IMG/VR virus record: IMGVR_UViG_3300029288_000097
Span: 49,977-113,976 of that record
Origin: a virus
Taxonomy: Duplodnaviria > Caudoviricetes
DNA: 64,000 nt
Strand: one strand, 5' to 3'
The translations under genes and the position numbers were made by a program. Shown here piece by piece: positions 1 to 9,832 of this stretch (position 1 is its first letter; the number at the start of each line of letters is the position of its first letter). Under the pieces are notes generated by a model. The model made no database searches, was not told where the DNA came from, and worked only from the letters and a program-made list of their open reading frames with translations.

Positions 1-264
1 AGTGCGACCTACTATGACTATGCGGGTAACGTATATGAGAGCGAAGCCGAACCTTTGGTCTTGACCGTGGGAGAATCTACCATTAAACGTGAATGGGTGT
101 CAGATGAGACACTTCCCTCATGGGCACAGATCGATGCAGCTGCAACAACAGGTCCGGGTGGTTGTGAAATCTTAGCAGACGGCAAGTTTCGCACATGGGT
201 TGAAGTCGCAAATAACGGAACTTCGGTTACACTTACATGCCGAGTCCGTTATCATCCACCTTGA
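1..264 (+). CDS. 5'-truncated hypothetical protein (C-terminal part)
   Basis: Frame 1 is open from base 1 to TGA at 262-264, followed by a terminator-like hairpin. Confidence 0.55.
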   Translation, partial: SATYYDYAGNVYESEAEPLVLTVGESTIKREWVSDETLPSWAQIDAAATTGPGGCEILADGKFRTWVEVANNGTSVTLTCRVRYHPP

Positions 265-353
265 AGTGAAACTACGGCTGTGACTACTGCTGACACTACA
301 ACTACCACTGTAGACACGGAAGCGCAAGTATCGCTGCCACAAGTAGAGTAAAC

Positions 354-397
354 CAGAAAGTCCCCTCAGCTTTATACCCAGCCGAGGGGACTTTCTG
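354..397 (+). terminator. intrinsic terminator-like hairpin
   Basis: CAGAAAGTCCCCTCAGCT / AGCCGAGGGGACTTTCTG inverted repeat. Confidence 0.65.
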
Positions 398-402
398 CAA
401 AA

Positions 403-447
403 CAGGTATATATACCAGTTGCATTTGGTTAGCTAATCAATTATACT
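403..447 (+). promoter_or_regulatory. CTGGTA-N4-TACCAG-type box abutting a sigma70-type promoter
   Basis: CAGGTATATATACCAG (403-418), TTGCAT (419-424), 17 bp spacer, TATACT (442-447). Confidence 0.75.
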
Positions 448-487
448 CATAGTGTGAGTAACAAAACTTAGACGGGAGGCATCATAG

Positions 488-1510
488 ATGGCAGTAGAAA
501 CGACAATGAAAGGTAGAGTAAGTTCTCAATTCGTTCAGAAGGGGGACGTAGGTCATATCTATGGGGGAGTTGAGATCACTGGCAAAGTCACAGCTGAGGA
601 AGCTCTGGTTTTAGCTGGAGCCAACTTTGAAGTAGCACAATGTGCCGCTCGTATGGGCGATAGAGATAGAACCAAAATTGATAATCTGTTCCACAATTTC
701 AGAACGGATGTCTCCGGCCCCGAGAAATATCTTGGCACAGTCAAGGGTGATTACCATGTCATCCAGAATGAACGTGCATTTGCATGGATCGATGAATTGA
801 TTGGAGATCGTACAGCATGCACCATCACTTCTGCCGGTACACTTTATGGTGGACGATGTGTTTGGGTGTGCATTGATCTTGGTGGCTACGAGGTGCTTCC
901 TGATGATGAAGTCCGGCACCATTTGCTAATCGTCAATTCGCATGATGGCAGCTCCAATATGATCTTCCAGCTACTTGATAAGCGTGTAGTGTGCCAGAAT
1001 GTCATATCTGTAACTGGTGGCGTACACGGTTCAAGTGAACCACTGAAGATTCGACATACACGGCTGGCTGAAATCCGAATGGAAGATGTGCAGCAGGCTA
1101 TCGAGTTAGCCGATACACACTTCAAAGAGGCCGAGGAAGCTATGAAGCACATGGCCCGTGTGTCTATCGATGAAGATGAACAAGACTTGCTTATATATGC
1201 TGGCTTGGGCGTATCAAAGAAGCAACTACGAATGCTCAGCGCGGGTAAGTTTACCAAGTATCCTCAGTGGGTAAATCAGGCAACGTTGGTCAAGGCTGCT
1301 GTTTTACAGGGGCCGGGAGCTGAGTATGCACAGGGCACAGTATGGGGTGTGCTTAATGGCTTCACTTACTACTACGACCACATGAGACACGTCCGTAACT
1401 CCGATACGCGCCCGGATGTGGCAGTAGAGCAAAAGATTCTTCGCGGGAAAGGTGTTCGGGGTAAGAAGCTGGCATTTGAAGCTTGTTTGAGCTTCTGTAA
1501 CCGGAACTGA
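488..1510 (+). CDS. DUF932-family phage/plasmid protein
   Basis: Motifs YHVIQNERAF, SAGTLYGGRCVW, LLIVNSHDGSS, RVVCQN, IRHT, GTVWGVLNGFTYY; GGAGG RBS. Confidence 0.8.
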   Translation: MAVETTMKGRVSSQFVQKGDVGHIYGGVEITGKVTAEEALVLAGANFEVAQCAARMGDRDRTKIDNLFHNFRTDVSGPEKYLGTVKGDYHVIQNERAFAWIDELIGDRTACTITSAGTLYGGRCVWVCIDLGGYEVLPDDEVRHHLLIVNSHDGSSNMIFQLLDKRVVCQNVISVTGGVHGSSEPLKIRHTRLAEIRMEDVQQAIELADTHFKEAEEAMKHMARVSIDEDEQDLLIYAGLGVSKKQLRMLSAGKFTKYPQWVNQATLVKAAVLQGPGAEYAQGTVWGVLNGFTYYYDHMRHVRNSDTRPDVAVEQKILRGKGVRGKKLAFEACLSFCNRN

Positions 1511-1537
1511 CACAACTAAATAACGAAAAATATAGGT

Positions 1538-1572
1538 AAAACAGCTGTCAGACTACCTCTGGCAGCTGTTTT
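1538..1572 (+). terminator. bidirectional-type terminator hairpin
   Basis: AAAACAGCTGTCAGA-ctacc-TCTGGCAGCTGTTTT. Confidence 0.7.
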
Positions 1573-1671
1573 GCTATGTACTTTTTCCAAATAATTTTTT
1601 TGATAGGACACCCTATTCGCTTGCAAGTTTGTTAAGCTAGATTCAGCGACTCATAAAAGGAGCGATTTGCT

Positions 1672-4600
1672 ATGGCAGAAACACTGTTAGCAATGGCCCG
1701 AGCATTACCGCTCTTGCTCGAAGACCAAGGGATTAAGAAACGTAAAGACGTTAGCCCCAAGGAAGGCGAGAAAGAATACGGTGATGTGACCTTTGCTGAT
1801 CCAACGAACAAGAAGTATCCGTTGGATTCTGAGAAGCACGTCAAGGCTGCCTGGAGCTATATTAACATGCCTCGGAATGCAGGTAAGTATAGTTCCAAGG
1901 ACTTGGGTGCTATCAAGGGCCGAATCAAAAGAGCTGCCAAGAAGTTCGGAGTTGCTATATCGGAAGATCAGGACTTCGGTTATGATATTCCGATAACCCA
2001 GGATCATTACCACTTGTATGGTTCGGTGGAAGATGTCCTTACCCGTATCAATCTGGCGTTTCACCAGTGGAGACGCACGCTAGAAAGTGAGATCGAGTAT
2101 CGTTACAGCTCAATACTGGGCGTTTACACCGATCATATCGTTTTCTACACAGATAATTGGCGGGAGGGATTGATCTACTACACAGTCAGCTATACGGTTG
2201 ACACCACCAATGGGAGTGTCACCATTCTCAATGACGTTAATCGCGTGGATGTGACTGTGATAGTTACCGATCTTGCCAGTGTTGGTGACGATGGGGATGG
2301 CAATGCTCCAACTCAAACCGCTACGGAGGACAAAGCGATGGCTGAGGACAAGAAAACCCCAGAAGTCGAAGCACAGGATGGAAGTACCAGCACGACAGTT
2401 GTTAAGACTGATGCCCCTGTGGGTACCAGTGCTGACAGCCCGACTGTTGAACAGCCTAAGACTGATGCTTCGTCTGCTGGACCATCCGTACCGGATGCCT
2501 CAACTGAGGCCACCAGCGGCTCTCCGGTCGAGAAGTCTGATGACATTCCGGTCGGTCCGAGCGGTAGCGATGGTAGCAGCACCGGCACGGTAGCGGGTGC
2601 ACTCTCTGATGGTGGAGCTGGCACAAAGCAAGCACAGGAGTTCGAGGGCAAAGACGAGTTCTTTGTTCAATCGGATAACTATGATGCTGCAAACCAGCCC
2701 ATGAGTTACATCAAACTCCAAGCAGTCGAGGAGAAAGATGGTAAAAAACTCATGACCATCCAAGGCATTGCCACTAGGGGTGACATTGTGAACTCCAAGG
2801 GGCAGGTCTACCCAACCGAAGTATGGCAAGAAAACTTGCCGAGAATGAACGAATTGGCAACTCAAGGTAAGTTCCTTGGGAAGCTGGAACATCCGAAAGT
2901 TGAGCAAGGGCTGGTTGACGCTGCTCTTAAGTTCAACAAGTTCTGGATACAGAACAATGACGTTTGGTTTGAGGCAGTAGTTATGCCTACGGAACCGGAC
3001 GGCAAGAATCTGCAGACCATGATCGAATCGGGTGTGCAGGTTGATCTTAGCTCTCGTGGCTATGGTCAATTTGTTCAGTGTGATTGGCGCGGAAAGCAGC
3101 GACAAGTCATGCAAAAAGGCTTCATCTGCACAGCTATCGATGCTGTATGGATGGGTGCCAGCACCGGTTCCGGTGTAACAAGCGTCACATATCAAAGCGA
3201 CTCAAAAACGGTCGCGGATCAAGGAGACAGTCCAGTGGACAAAGAGAAGAAGGACGAAACCCAGGTTCAGTCTGCTGAGGATCGTGCAGCAGCTATCCGA
3301 GCAAAGGGTGCCTTCGATGAGACTAAAAAGTGCCTCCTTCAGCAGTCCGGCCTTAGCACGGACGGGCAGAGGGCATATCAGGCCGCCCTTGATAAGGCGA
3401 CCGATGGTAGCATTGAGTCTCTGATGGGTGCATCCGATGCAATCTTGCCGAGTTTACAGTCGGTATTCCCGGTAACTCAGTCTGAGACGACCGAGGAAGC
3501 CGCAACTCAGTCCGAGACCTACTCTCCGGTATTCTTCTCCAAGCAGAATGCCGAGGAGTTGGCACCGAAGACAGTTGGCGAGATGATCGACAGAATGGTA
3601 CGCGACCTGCCGGAGCGTTATGAGGGTCAGTCTGATCCGGTGCATAAGGTGCCTTCACACCTTACCAGCCCGAGAGAAGCCTGCCGTCTGATGCTTCAGA
3701 ATGTCGCTCGACTTACTGCGCCTTCATTCCATGGCCCATCCGCAGCTCGCGGACTCTTGGCCCTGGAACAGGGCAAGATTGACAGAGCACAGGACATCCT
3801 CACTCAGGGTGCCGAGTATGCTCTGCAGTCACTTCCAACCGGAGCAACTACGGTTGCTGGAGACGGTGCTCCGCTCTCCAATTATCTGATCTTCCCGCTC
3901 ATTCGCCGGGTGTTCCCGCAGTACATCCTGAACGAGATCGCTTCGATCCAGCCTATGGATAGGCCGAACGGTAAGATTTTCTGGCTTGACCAGTATCGAA
4001 CCGAAGACCCGTCTGCAGGTGAGGTCACCCGAATCGATCTCAACACATCGTCCAGCCCGTTCAATACGAGCTATGCCGATCAGGACACTGAAGGCGAAAC
4101 TGCCAAGATCATCCGCATGAAACTGTCCAGTCAGTTGATCGAAGCGCATACCAAGAAATTGGGTGCAGCCTGGTCAATTGAAGAGATGCAGGATTTGAGA
4201 GCCTATCATGGTCTCGATGCTGCACAGGAGCTTCTTGCAGGTGTGGCACGTGAGCTGGCATTGGAGATCAATGCTGAAGTTCTCAACGACATGATTCTTC
4301 AGGCTTCCGCTGGAGCCCTGGAGTTTGGAACCACAATGCCGACAACTGGTTTTGATAACCAGCCGGAGTGGGATGCTTACATCTGGAACTATGTGTCCAA
4401 GATGGAAAACATCATCTTCAGCAAGCGCAACGGTGGGATCACTCACCTGATCTGCGGTATGGACGCCGCTCTCGCTCTCGCTAAGTCGAACCGAATGGCA
4501 ATCTCGGTTGCCACTGGTGGCGATGGTGCAATGAACGAGCAGTATCCGGGTGTGGCCGTCATGAATCTGGTTTCTGGCACCGGTCAGAGATACCGTATTC

Positions 4601-4848
4601 TGAAGACCAACTTCTGGGGTAGTGGCACCACCAATGGTGCTAAGATCATGGCGTTCCGAAGAGGAACCGAGTGGAATGACGTTCCTTACGTCTACGCGCC
4701 GTACGCGGACTTCACCACTCCGATGTTCACTGACCCGCTGACATTCGATCAGAAGCAGGGTGTTATGTCTCGCTTCGCCAAGAAGTGCGTGACCCCTGAT
4801 GCTATCGGAACCATCGAGGTCAAGAACCAGACTGGCGCACTCGTCTAA
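1672..4848 (+). CDS. capsid polyprotein: DUF6582-like domain, acidic linker, T4 gp21-like prohead protease, scaffold, T4 gp23-like major capsid protein
   Basis: N-terminal FADPTNKKYPLDSEKHVKAAWSYIN; protease motifs NSKGQVYP, GKLEHP, LSSRGYG; capsid motifs FPLIRRVFP..IASIQPMDRPNGKIF, AHTKKLGAAWSIEEMQDLRAYHGLDA, YVYAPY, DPLTFDQKQGVMSRFA. Confidence 0.85.
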   Translation: MAETLLAMARALPLLLEDQGIKKRKDVSPKEGEKEYGDVTFADPTNKKYPLDSEKHVKAAWSYINMPRNAGKYSSKDLGAIKGRIKRAAKKFGVAISEDQDFGYDIPITQDHYHLYGSVEDVLTRINLAFHQWRRTLESEIEYRYSSILGVYTDHIVFYTDNWREGLIYYTVSYTVDTTNGSVTILNDVNRVDVTVIVTDLASVGDDGDGNAPTQTATEDKAMAEDKKTPEVEAQDGSTSTTVVKTDAPVGTSADSPTVEQPKTDASSAGPSVPDASTEATSGSPVEKSDDIPVGPSGSDGSSTGTVAGALSDGGAGTKQAQEFEGKDEFFVQSDNYDAANQPMSYIKLQAVEEKDGKKLMTIQGIATRGDIVNSKGQVYPTEVWQENLPRMNELATQGKFLGKLEHPKVEQGLVDAALKFNKFWIQNNDVWFEAVVMPTEPDGKNLQTMIESGVQVDLSSRGYGQFVQCDWRGKQRQVMQKGFICTAIDAVWMGASTGSGVTSVTYQSDSKTVADQGDSPVDKEKKDETQVQSAEDRAAAIRAKGAFDETKKCLLQQSGLSTDGQRAYQAALDKATDGSIESLMGASDAILPSLQSVFPVTQSETTEEAATQSETYSPVFFSKQNAEELAPKTVGEMIDRMVRDLPERYEGQSDPVHKVPSHLTSPREACRLMLQNVARLTAPSFHGPSAARGLLALEQGKIDRAQDILTQGAEYALQSLPTGATTVAGDGAPLSNYLIFPLIRRVFPQYILNEIASIQPMDRPNGKIFWLDQYRTEDPSAGEVTRIDLNTSSSPFNTSYADQDTEGETAKIIRMKLSSQLIEAHTKKLGAAWSIEEMQDLRAYHGLDAAQELLAGVARELALEINAEVLNDMILQASAGALEFGTTMPTTGFDNQPEWDAYIWNYVSKMENIIFSKRNGGITHLICGMDAALALAKSNRMAISVATGGDGAMNEQYPGVAVMNLVSGTGQRYRILKTNFWGSGTTNGAKIMAFRRGTEWNDVPYVYAPYADFTTPMFTDPLTFDQKQGVMSRFAKKCVTPDAIGTIEVKNQTGALV

Positions 4849-4870
4849 ACCCGAGTCGTCACTGTGAGAA

Positions 4871-4906
4871 GCAAAGCCCCGGACTATATATAGTCTGGGG
4901 CTTTGT
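4871..4906 (+). terminator. terminator after capsid gene
   Basis: GCAAAGCCCCGGACTA-tata-TAGTCTGGGGCTTTGT. Confidence 0.75.
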
Positions 4907-4920
4907 GCTATAATGAAGCC

Positions 4921-5118
4921 ATGAGATATGTCCTGAATCCAACAAACAACCCAAGATACTATGGTACAAGCACAGTAATCCCAGCACACAATTATGGTGT
5001 TGTCAGCGATGAACAAGCAGATTTACTAAGCAAGCCTGTTCTGGTTGAGGGAAGTTCTGAGTTCAGGCCATTGTTCGTGTCCAATGATCCGGGCCGAACA
5101 CCAAATCAAATACCATAA
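4921..5118 (+). CDS. small hypothetical protein, probably leaderless
   Basis: TGCTATAAT at 4906-4914 lies 6 nt before ATG 4921; no SD. Confidence 0.5.
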   Translation: MRYVLNPTNNPRYYGTSTVIPAHNYGVVSDEQADLLSKPVLVEGSSEFRPLFVSNDPGRTPNQIP

Positions 5119-5129
5119 GGAGACAGATC

Positions 5130-5474
5130 ATGGCAAGCATGAAAGACAATGTAACCAGCATCATTAACTGGCTACACCAGGCTATCGACATGCTTATCGT
5201 CCTCATCAGAGGTGGTAAAATTGAAGAGGCCGTCGAGTTGATCCAAGATGTACGTGATGTCATCTCGTCCTATCTTGGTGTCTTTCAGAGTTTCGTTCCA
5301 GACAATGCCATTACGACTATGCCTGGTAACTTCTGGAAGAAGCTGAAATGGATCGCGGATAATACTGGTTGGATTCAAGCTCTTGCACTTCTCACCAGTA
5401 GCACCAATCCATTTGAAGCATCAAAGACACGAGCAGCTGCCGTGGCCTCAAAGTGGGGCTTTACGACAACGTAA
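5130..5474 (+). CDS. hypothetical protein
   Basis: AAGGAG RBS, 114 aa ORF. Confidence 0.7.
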   Translation: MASMKDNVTSIINWLHQAIDMLIVLIRGGKIEEAVELIQDVRDVISSYLGVFQSFVPDNAITTMPGNFWKKLKWIADNTGWIQALALLTSSTNPFEASKTRAAAVASKWGFTTT

Positions 5475-5512
5475 CCACTTCCCTCGATGATGGGAAGCAA
5501 GGAGGAAGTACA

Positions 5513-6439
5513 ATGTATCGAATCATAATTGTAATGCTGGCAATCTTGCTGAGCTTCACACCATCGAAGGCGAGCGTAGACAAGCTACCTGCCTCACATG
5601 ATGACCACGTGAGGCAGGTAGAAGCTGCCAAGACTGCTACCCATAGTGACCCGCCATGGGCTGAACGAGAAGGAACAATAAAGCATGCTTTGACTTTAAC
5701 CGATGGCAGTTCTGTATCACTCGATTGTGTGCGTGTAGCTGCAATCTATAAGACTCCAAAAGAATACTTTGTCATCACTGAATGGTGGGATAATAGCGAA
5801 GATCATGCGATCATAGTAAATCACGCAGCAGCCACAACTATGCTCCCCGGACAAACCATTGATGTAAGTGGCACAATCAGCTCCCTATCCGATGGAAGAC
5901 GCCTTATAGATTATCCTCGTGTCCTTGGCTATACAGACAAAGAGGGCACTCTACTTGTTAAAGGTGGCCCATGTATAAAAGGCATCGATAAGCCTGTAGA
6001 ATGGGCCTGGAAGACTGTACTTTTTACAACTACTCAGCCAAAAACCTACAAGACAGCAACTTCTAAAGTGGGTGTTAGAGCTGTAACAGCAACTACACTT
6101 GACTCAAGTCCCTACTCGATTAAAGGTCTAACCACATATGAGACTATTCAGGCTCTCATTGATGCAAAGCCAGCAGAGGGTGCATGGGTAAGATTACGTA
6201 AGTTGAATATCCATCTAACAGCCACAGACGACACAAATGGACATTATCTTGTGGTTACTGACAAAAGCGATCAATACCTCCAGGTATTCACTACAGCTGC
6301 CCCTAAAGTCTCCACAGCACGAGTTGGACGCCTTATTGGTAAAGTGCACCTGTTGGACGAGAAGATAGTTTTACTGGTTGACAGTGGGCCGACATTTGAT
6401 GCACAATTGGGCACCGGTGACATCTGGATTATCGACTAG
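5513..6439 (+). CDS. secreted OB-fold-like repeat protein
   Basis: AAGGAGG RBS before ATG 5513; signal peptide MYRIIIVMLAILLSFTPSKA; two beta-rich repeats (PGQTIDVSGTI, GRLIGKV). Confidence 0.65.
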   Translation: MYRIIIVMLAILLSFTPSKASVDKLPASHDDHVRQVEAAKTATHSDPPWAEREGTIKHALTLTDGSSVSLDCVRVAAIYKTPKEYFVITEWWDNSEDHAIIVNHAAATTMLPGQTIDVSGTISSLSDGRRLIDYPRVLGYTDKEGTLLVKGGPCIKGIDKPVEWAWKTVLFTTTQPKTYKTATSKVGVRAVTATTLDSSPYSIKGLTTYETIQALIDAKPAEGAWVRLRKLNIHLTATDDTNGHYLVVTDKSDQYLQVFTTAAPKVSTARVGRLIGKVHLLDEKIVLLVDSGPTFDAQLGTGDIWIID

Positions 6440-6447
6440 GAGGCATC

Positions 6448-7569
6448 ATGCGTCGAATATTCCTCGTATTACTGCTCTTATTGAGCATACAGTCAACATG
6501 TTTTGCACAGTGGACACCTCCACTTGGAGAAGCATCTACTGGTGATCCTTTACCATCAGCTCCACCAGCTGAGCATTCTATCGCATGGGCGAAAACCTTA
6601 ACTGATGGAACTGCTCTCGATGAACCTATCATCGATAAGGTTGTAACCCGTACATTCCCTGAGTTTGGCTATTTTTATATTCAGGAAATCGGAGCCGGTT
6701 TTGGACTACGAATCAAGTCGGCAGCTTGTCCTAATCCCGGTGATGTTGTAACAATCACAGCGGGCACTTTACAGACGGTTGAGTGCCAACGCTATGTTGA
6801 TAGTGCATCTTATACCATATCTGAGCATAACCATACGTCCTCAGCCGTTGGTATGTCAAACAAAGCATTTGGTGGTGGGGATTTTCTTTATGATGAAGGA
6901 CCACCCATCAGTGGACAGCAAGGCTTTTGGGATGGCAATGGCCTAAATACAATCGGCATGCTGGTTCGAGTATGGGGTAAAGTGACAGAAATTGACACCA
7001 GGGCCGCTCCGCTTTACTACTTTATCGATGATGGCTCTGGCGTAGACATGGCCGTCGATCTCGAAGTTGCCCCAAGCCAACCTATTCCTTTCACAAGTAG
7101 TGTTGGTGATTACGTTTCTATAACTGGCATAAGTTCATGCTTACCCGTTGACGGCTGGCCTGTAAGAGTTCTTCGTCCTTGTGCTCCATCTGTAAAAATC
7201 GCAAAAAGTACGGGTCAATCTGATCCGGCCACCAAGAGCCCAATTAAGTTTACAATTACGTTCAGCGAACCTGTCTCGGGATTCGTGAACAGTGATGTTA
7301 AGTTTTCGGGTAGTGCCAAGCCAACAGCAGCTCAAGTAATAGATAGTGGCGATCATACTTCCTACTCCGTTGAAATAAGTGGGATGTCAGTCACCGGCAC
7401 AGTCGGTGTAAGATTGGACTATGGAGCTGCAAAAAGTGTATACTATGAAGGGGACTCCTTATCAGGGGCAACCACCACAATCAACTACCAATCCTACGTG
7501 CCCTACCGCACGTTAAATAAACGTATGGGTGTAGGAAATGGCAGGTATCAACGTAAACCATTAAAGTGA
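6448..7569 (+). CDS. secreted protein with OB-fold-like repeats and C-terminal Ig-like domain
   Basis: Signal peptide; FYIQE..GLRI, PGDVVTITAG, GLNTIGMLVRVWGKVT..IDDGSG; Ig-like FTITFSEPVSGF. Confidence 0.7.
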   Translation: MRRIFLVLLLLLSIQSTCFAQWTPPLGEASTGDPLPSAPPAEHSIAWAKTLTDGTALDEPIIDKVVTRTFPEFGYFYIQEIGAGFGLRIKSAACPNPGDVVTITAGTLQTVECQRYVDSASYTISEHNHTSSAVGMSNKAFGGGDFLYDEGPPISGQQGFWDGNGLNTIGMLVRVWGKVTEIDTRAAPLYYFIDDGSGVDMAVDLEVAPSQPIPFTSSVGDYVSITGISSCLPVDGWPVRVLRPCAPSVKIAKSTGQSDPATKSPIKFTITFSEPVSGFVNSDVKFSGSAKPTAAQVIDSGDHTSYSVEISGMSVTGTVGVRLDYGAAKSVYYEGDSLSGATTTINYQSYVPYRTLNKRMGVGNGRYQRKPLK

Positions 7570-7576
7570 GTAAGCC

Positions 7577-8581
7577 ATGAATGCTGTTCAAAGCACAATA
7601 ACTTGGTTACCTGCTCTACTACAAGATAAAGATACAGGTGCAGGCTTAACCGGCATCGTATGGAATGCTTCAGGTATGGTAGTAAAATATCAGAAGCAAG
7701 GTAACGGCATTGTCACAAAGACCCTTACGATAAATGATTGGGCTGAAGGTATAGACGGGTCTTACAATATCCGTTTTACAGCTGCCGAATTAGACACTCT
7801 TGGTCTTTTCAGCTATTGGGTATCTCATCCCAGCTCAACAACATATCCGGGTGCCATAACAGTAGTTGAAGCTATTGCCTCTGATATAGCATCTGAGACT
7901 ACATTAGATGCTGTAAAGACAGCAGTTGATGGACTACCTACTGATGTAGCTTCAAGCCAAGCCGTCTCGGAGTTATCCACAAAGATTGATAATATCGATG
8001 TGGCTGTCAGTGTACCTGCTGCTCCAGTTGGAGTTGGGTTTACTGTAAATACAACTCAACGAAAACAGACTTGGGTACCGGTACAATTGACCAATAGTGC
8101 GACTGGTTTAGGCATCAGTGGCATAACATTCGATCAGGTAACTGTACAGTATCAAAAGCCAGGCGAAGAAGTCACTGTTAAAGTTTTAACTGAGGAACAA
8201 TGGAGCGAAGGTGTAGATGGCTCCTATAGCGTATGCTTTATATCAGATGAAATAGATATGCTTGGCACCATGCACTATTGGGTGGAATACTCAACGGCAG
8301 CAACATACCCTGGCATTATTCTTGTCACTGAACCTGGAGCTGGCCCTGGATCAGTTGAAAAAACAATCAGAGTCAGTGTCAAAGGCCAACCTATCGAAAA
8401 CTGTGAAGTCTGGATAAGTAGTGATGCTGCCGGACGTGACAAAATTGCAGGGCCACGTTATACAAATGTGCTTGGTGTAGCAACATTCTACCTTGATCCA
8501 GGAGAATACTGGGTACACTATCGCAAAGCTCGTGAGGTTGAGTACGATAGACAACAATGGAAGGTGACAAGCGATGGCTGA
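7577..8581 (+). CDS. putative virion protein with an internally duplicated ~95-aa domain
   Basis: Two copies of TW.P..L....TG.G..GI......V.YQK.G....K.LT...W.EG.DGSY...F...E.D.LG...YWV......TYPG.I.V. Confidence 0.65.
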   Translation: MNAVQSTITWLPALLQDKDTGAGLTGIVWNASGMVVKYQKQGNGIVTKTLTINDWAEGIDGSYNIRFTAAELDTLGLFSYWVSHPSSTTYPGAITVVEAIASDIASETTLDAVKTAVDGLPTDVASSQAVSELSTKIDNIDVAVSVPAAPVGVGFTVNTTQRKQTWVPVQLTNSATGLGISGITFDQVTVQYQKPGEEVTVKVLTEEQWSEGVDGSYSVCFISDEIDMLGTMHYWVEYSTAATYPGIILVTEPGAGPGSVEKTIRVSVKGQPIENCEVWISSDAAGRDKIAGPRYTNVLGVATFYLDPGEYWVHYRKAREVEYDRQQWKVTSDG

Positions 8582-9353
8582 TCTTGATATTCTGGGCTAT
8601 GCCCCAAATGGTTTAACTGGAGTCACAGTCGAACAGATAACGGCCAAGCTTAACGGTCGTAATTTTCCAGTCTCTATGCTCGACATAGATAGCATTCTTG
8701 ATGATGCTCTTGGTCAGTTGAACCTATATTCTCCGATTACCATGTTTGCTCTATTCGAGACAGTAGCCGACCAGCAGGATTACTATATATTCGATCCTGA
8801 TGATCCGATCACGTCTGGATTTGCTGAGCGAGCAACTGCAATTCGAGAGGTTTACTGGAATCCGACTACAGATTTCTTCGATATTAGCGTATTCTCACCA
8901 GGATGGACGGAGTTCAACCAAGTGCTGCTTCTAGCGACCAGCAACTTCCACCAGCCATCACAGATGATGATTCTTCGTGCTAAGATTCTAAAATGGAAAG
9001 ATCAATTTGGAGATCAAGGACACGACATTATAGGTGCTGTAGGTGAACCTGGCTCAGTTCTACGCTTATACCCTACACCAGTGGATACAGGCACGAAAGT
9101 GTTGGTAGAATACTCAGCTGGCACTACTCTTGAACTTGTAGCAGCTGCTCAAATATCTGCTCTTATGGATTGGGTATGTTACTATGCAGCTGATGCCCTG
9201 GCAAATAAATATGCTACAACGGCAGGAATCACCTTACTCGGGTTTGCAGACTCTACATCAGCAATGCGTTATTGGGAAAATAAGGCAAAACAGTACAAAG
9301 CTGATGCACTCGAACGACAAGGTGGACTGCATGGAGAGGTAGCACGGTCATGA
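8574..9353 (+). CDS. putative head-tail adaptor/neck protein
   Basis: Synteny between head and tail; LRLYPTP motif typical of neck proteins. Confidence 0.55.
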   Translation: MADLDILGYAPNGLTGVTVEQITAKLNGRNFPVSMLDIDSILDDALGQLNLYSPITMFALFETVADQQDYYIFDPDDPITSGFAERATAIREVYWNPTTDFFDISVFSPGWTEFNQVLLLATSNFHQPSQMMILRAKILKWKDQFGDQGHDIIGAVGEPGSVLRLYPTPVDTGTKVLVEYSAGTTLELVAAAQISALMDWVCYYAADALANKYATTAGITLLGFADSTSAMRYWENKAKQYKADALERQGGLHGEVARS

Positions 9354-9832
9354 CGATCTATGCTGACTCCAGACAAGCAGCAATGCACGCTAGACTTGCA
9401 CAGGTGCTCGGGGCATTGATCGAGCAAATGCCTGATAACGTCAAGTTTATCGATCTCTGGCGTCCTGCCGTAGTAGATCATTCGGGTTTCGCTGACGACC
9501 AAACTGAAGTTTGGGTACGCATGGCTGAAAATGTTTTTGCCTTTAAGATGGAAAAAGCCGAACACTGGGTGCATACTCCAGCAGGCAAAGTTATGAAACC
9601 TAAAGGCACATATCTTATTCTTGCCGATGATTATGGACTTATGCCGGACGATCATGTCATACTCGATGGTATACCCTACATTATCGATGAAGAAGAGGCC
9701 AATAGTAGTATTCAGAAACTAACACTCGATAAACAGGGGAGCCGCTTTGTGCAGCCTACCAGAACTGATGTAGATGGTGTGCCTGCCAGTCTAACATATC
9801 GGCAAATAGGTATGAAAGCCAGGATAGCATAA
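9350..9832 (+). CDS. putative head-closure protein
   Basis: Synteny and size; DDHVILDGIPYII beta motif. Confidence 0.45.
   Translation: MTIYADSRQAAMHARLAQVLGALIEQMPDNVKFIDLWRPAVVDHSGFADDQTEVWVRMAENVFAFKMEKAEHWVHTPAGKVMKPKGTYLILADDYGLMPDDHVILDGIPYIIDEEEANSSIQKLTLDKQGSRFVQPTRTDVDGVPASLTYRQIGMKARIA

Noticed and set aside
403-418. E. coli-type LexA SOS box
   Set aside because: It fits CTG-N10-CAG loosely, but the conserved half-site is CTGGTA rather than CTGTAT, and the fixed position upstream of -35 suits an activator. A divergent host LexA is not fully excluded.
4174-5016. 280-aa minus-strand ORF (also 2500-3195)
   Set aside because: Antisense shadow of the capsid gene with no motifs.
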